From assembly GCA_030740435.1 (NCBI GenBank), contig JASLXG010000048.1, positions 7,701 through 71,700 of the forward strand: a stretch of DNA of 64,000 bases, written 5' to 3'. Shown one piece after another: positions 60,899 to 64,000 of the stretch. The notes under the pieces are model-generated. The model saw only the letters and a list, made by a program, of their open reading frames with translations, ran no database searches and was not told where the DNA came from. How positions within the stretch are numbered: position 1 is the first letter of the stretch; every line of letters begins with the position of its first letter. Made by a program: the position numbers and the translations under genes. This DNA comes from Alphaproteobacteria bacterium. GTDB lineage: Bacteria; Pseudomonadota; Alphaproteobacteria; UBA2966.

Positions 60899-60942
60899 GT
60901 CAAGGGAGGACAAAAACAATACCAAGGCCGCTGTCGGCTGCC

Positions 60943-62553
<1,611 letters not shown>

Positions 62554-62557
62554 CGAT

Positions 62558-63034
62558 CTATTTCTTGCGAAAGCTGTCCAGCACCACAACCTCGGCCGTG
62601 CCGTCGTCGGGGCCATCGTCCTGGACCTCGCTGACGGCTGCCGTTGTCGGGGCATTGTCGCCCACCGGCAGCTGCCTCTCGTCGGTGCGGAACTGCAGCC
62701 CGAATTCGACGCTGGGATCGGCGAAACCGGTGAGCGCCGAGAAGGGTACGACCAGGCGTTCGCTCTTGCCGCTGAAGCTCAGCGTCACGGCGAACTGCTC
62801 GTTGGTCACCTCGAGATCCCAGAACTGGTGCTGAATGACGATGGTGATCTCGTCGGGATAACGTTCGCGCAAATAGCTCGGTATTTCGACCCCGGGATCG
62901 CCGGTCAGGTAGGAGACGTAGAAGTGATGCTCGCCCGGCAGACCGCCCACGGCCACGTACTCCAGCGCCTCGCGCACCACGCCCTTGAGCGCGCGCTCGA
63001 CGATATCCTTGTATTGCATCAGGTCTTCGACCAT
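62558..63034 (-). CDS. sspB: ClpXP protease specificity-enhancing factor SspB (alpha-type)
   Basis: 158 aa. SspB-like beta-rich substrate-binding body followed by an acidic/disordered tail ending [10 protein letters not shown] (ClpX-binding-like terminal motif). Confidence 0.65.
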   Translation of the reverse strand: MVEDLMQYKDIVERALKGVVREALEYVAVGGLPGEHHFYVSYLTGDPGVEIPSYLRERYPDEITIVIQHQFWDLEVTNEQFAVTLSFSGKSERLVVPFSALTGFADPSVEFGLQFRTDERQLPVGDNAPTTAAVSEVQDDGPDDGTAEVVVLDSFRKK

Positions 63035-63615
63035 CGCGGAGACAATACTAATGCCCCGGCAGACCAAGTCGACCATGAAATTTTTTGATTGATGTCGCCG
63101 AGCCGCCCGCCGAACCCCGAAGAGCACCCCCGCCGGGCCAGCCTCGACGGCTGCCGCGGCCAAGCGCGCGGATGCGCGCGCCCGGTGAGGGCCTAAATAA
63201 AGTGGAGGGCTTCTGTTGCCAGGTGCCCCCCGAACCCCGCAGTTAACTGCTAAGCAGCAACTGCAAATGCCTCGTTGTCGTTGGCATTTGTGAATGTGAC
63301 CCGATAACGGTGGTATCATGCCGGGCGAAAAGTACACCTTTAATACGCACGTCGATCCTGTGTCGCCCCCAGCAAAACCGCACCGCCAATCGAGCCTCCC
63401 GGCGCGCCGCCGGGTCATGCGGTTATGGTGGAGGCGCCGGGTACTGCCCCCGGGTCCGTAACGCCTATTTCGCGCACCGTTTATCGCCATAGTCGGTTGC
63501 CCGACACAATGTATATAGGCTTTTTTGCCGCTTTTTGGAAGTGCCGCGAGAGCATCTGTTGGCGCCGCGCGGCGGCCGGCGTTATGGTGCTGATCGTCTG
63601 CCAAGGAGATCAGCG

Positions 63616-64000
63616 ATGCACGTGACGCCCGAGCAAGAGGCCGAGATCGAGGCCCAACGGCAAGAAACCTTCAGCACCCGCCGCAACACCTCGCCCGGGC
63701 TCGAGGAAATCCTCTACCAGGTCATTCCGGTCCTCGACCACGGTTTCATCCGGGTGGTCGACTACATGGGCGACGACAGCGCCGTGGTGCAGGCGGCGCG
63801 GGTCTCCTACGGTCGCGGCACCAAGGCCGTACGCGGCGATGCCGGCCTTATCAACTACCTCCTGCGCCACCGCCACACCACGCCCTTCGAGATGGCCGAG
63901 ATCAAGTACCACGTCAAGCTGCCGATCTTCGTGGCGCGCCAGTGGATCCGCCACCGCACCGCCAACGTCAACGAATACTCGGCCCGCTATTCCATCCTCG
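63616..64000 (+). CDS. thyX: flavin-dependent thymidylate synthase ThyX, 5' partial (continues beyond the window)
   Basis: AAGGAGAT RBS 5 nt before ATG. Translation contains the ThyX signature [14 protein letters not shown] (RHRxxSxxxxSxR). Absent from the ORF track because no stop falls in the window. Confidence 0.8.
   Translation, partial: MHVTPEQEAEIEAQRQETFSTRRNTSPGLEEILYQVIPVLDHGFIRVVDYMGDDSAVVQAARVSYGRGTKAVRGDAGLINYLLRHRHTTPFEMAEIKYHVKLPIFVARQWIRHRTANVNEYSARYSIL

Noticed and set aside
63610-63954. 114-aa minus-strand ORF at the window end
   Set aside because: It is antisense to the thyX reading frame, which carries the diagnostic RHRxxSxxxxSxR motif and a strong RBS.

Overview
This window is a visibly GC-rich, gene-dense chromosomal segment with alphaproteobacterial character. 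Three regions stand out. (1) ~1-39000 is an accessory-looking metabolic block: acyl-CoA synthetases, tandem MFS transporters, an MttB-family methyltransferase, malonyl-CoA synthetase MatB, a Crp/Fnr regulator, two tandem small Gly/Ala/Ser-rich paralogous ORFs preceded by a 10-bp x5 tandem repeat and followed by cspA, a methylmalonyl-CoA-mutase-family catalytic subunit, a DctPQM TRAP transporter fused in operon with a 2-oxoacid dehydrogenase E1alpha/E1beta/E2 set, enoyl-CoA hydratase plus carboxyltransferase, a HigB/HigA-like TA pair, several hydrolases, a GST, an MBOAT O-acyltransferase with partner, a TPP enzyme, a HipBA toxin-antitoxin module with a four-box operator array, and a ring-cleavage dioxygenase/acyl-CoA ligase/TraR cluster. 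(2) ~39300-60150 is a complete, tightly overlapping division/cell-wall (dcw) cluster, mraZ-rsmH-ftsL-ftsI-murE-murF-mraY-murD-ftsW-murG-murC-murB-ddl-ftsQ-ftsA-ftsZ-lpxC-bamD, preceded by five CCCAT direct repeats at exact 10-bp spacing (putative MraZ operator). (3) ~60160-64000 holds a DUF4160/DUF2442-HTH two-gene cassette, class I fumarase, sspB and the 5' end of thyX after a 570-bp intergenic region. No rRNA, tRNA, CRISPR array or transposase was recognised. Many long ORFs in the six-frame track are GC-driven antisense artefacts, and several N-terminal extensions in the track were trimmed to plausible starts.
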